From assembly GCF_001194135.2 (NCBI RefSeq), contig NC_068994.1, positions 59,664,148 to 59,696,845 on the forward strand: 32,698 bases of DNA, in the 5' to 3' direction. The notes under the pieces were generated by a model. The model did no database searches and was not told the DNA's origin. It saw only the letters and a list, made by a program, of their open reading frames with translations. Position numbers and translations under genes: made by a program. The stretch is from Octopus bimaculoides (Eukaryota). Positions within the stretch are counted from its first letter, which is position 1; each line of letters starts with the position of its first letter. This document shows, piece by piece, positions 32,421 to 32,698 of this stretch.

Positions 32421-32647
32421 GGACATGTCTGTGTATGCAATATATGTATGGTCTATATATTTGTAACGGTTTGTGTATGTATTTATATTTGCATGCGTGT
32501 GTCTATGTACATGAATGTGTCCGTAACTATGTGTGCTCGTTTGGTGTATATATATATATGTATGTATATCTGTATGTATATGTATACTCTTGTACGTTCT
32601 GTGTGTGTGTGAGACTATTGTTACATGTATTCTGAACGTGTGATATA

Positions 32648-32698
<51 letters not shown>

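Overview
AT-rich metazoan genomic DNA, gappy (13 N-runs, about 5.7 kb in total) and saturated with (AT)n, (GT)n, (GA)n, (AAT)n and (ATCT)n microsatellites. The repeat content (tRNA-headed SINEs, RTE and CR1 LINE fragments, a decayed Tc1/mariner transposase, Penelope-like termini) and the microsatellite load resemble an octopus genome; this is inference from recalled repeat families, not a database hit. Almost every ORF in the supplied track is an artefact of microsatellites or N-runs. The best host-gene evidence is a plus-strand low-complexity exon open from base 1 to a CAG|GTATGT donor at 746/747 (Thr/Ser/Asn-rich, then Asp/Glu-rich), which is phase-compatible with a Pro/Gln-rich exon starting at 7504. 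No gene could be named. The most notable non-genic observations are two Penelope-type termini carrying a variant minimal hammerhead-ribozyme motif (nearly intact at 28.9 kb, CpG-decayed at 1.2 kb), an apparent CpG-depleted versus CpG-retaining domain structure, a 136-bp nested palindrome (MITE-like), a TACGT-rich expansion between SINE-like A and B boxes, and a consensus 5' splice site locked in a perfect hairpin. I found no convincing novel multi-gene system.
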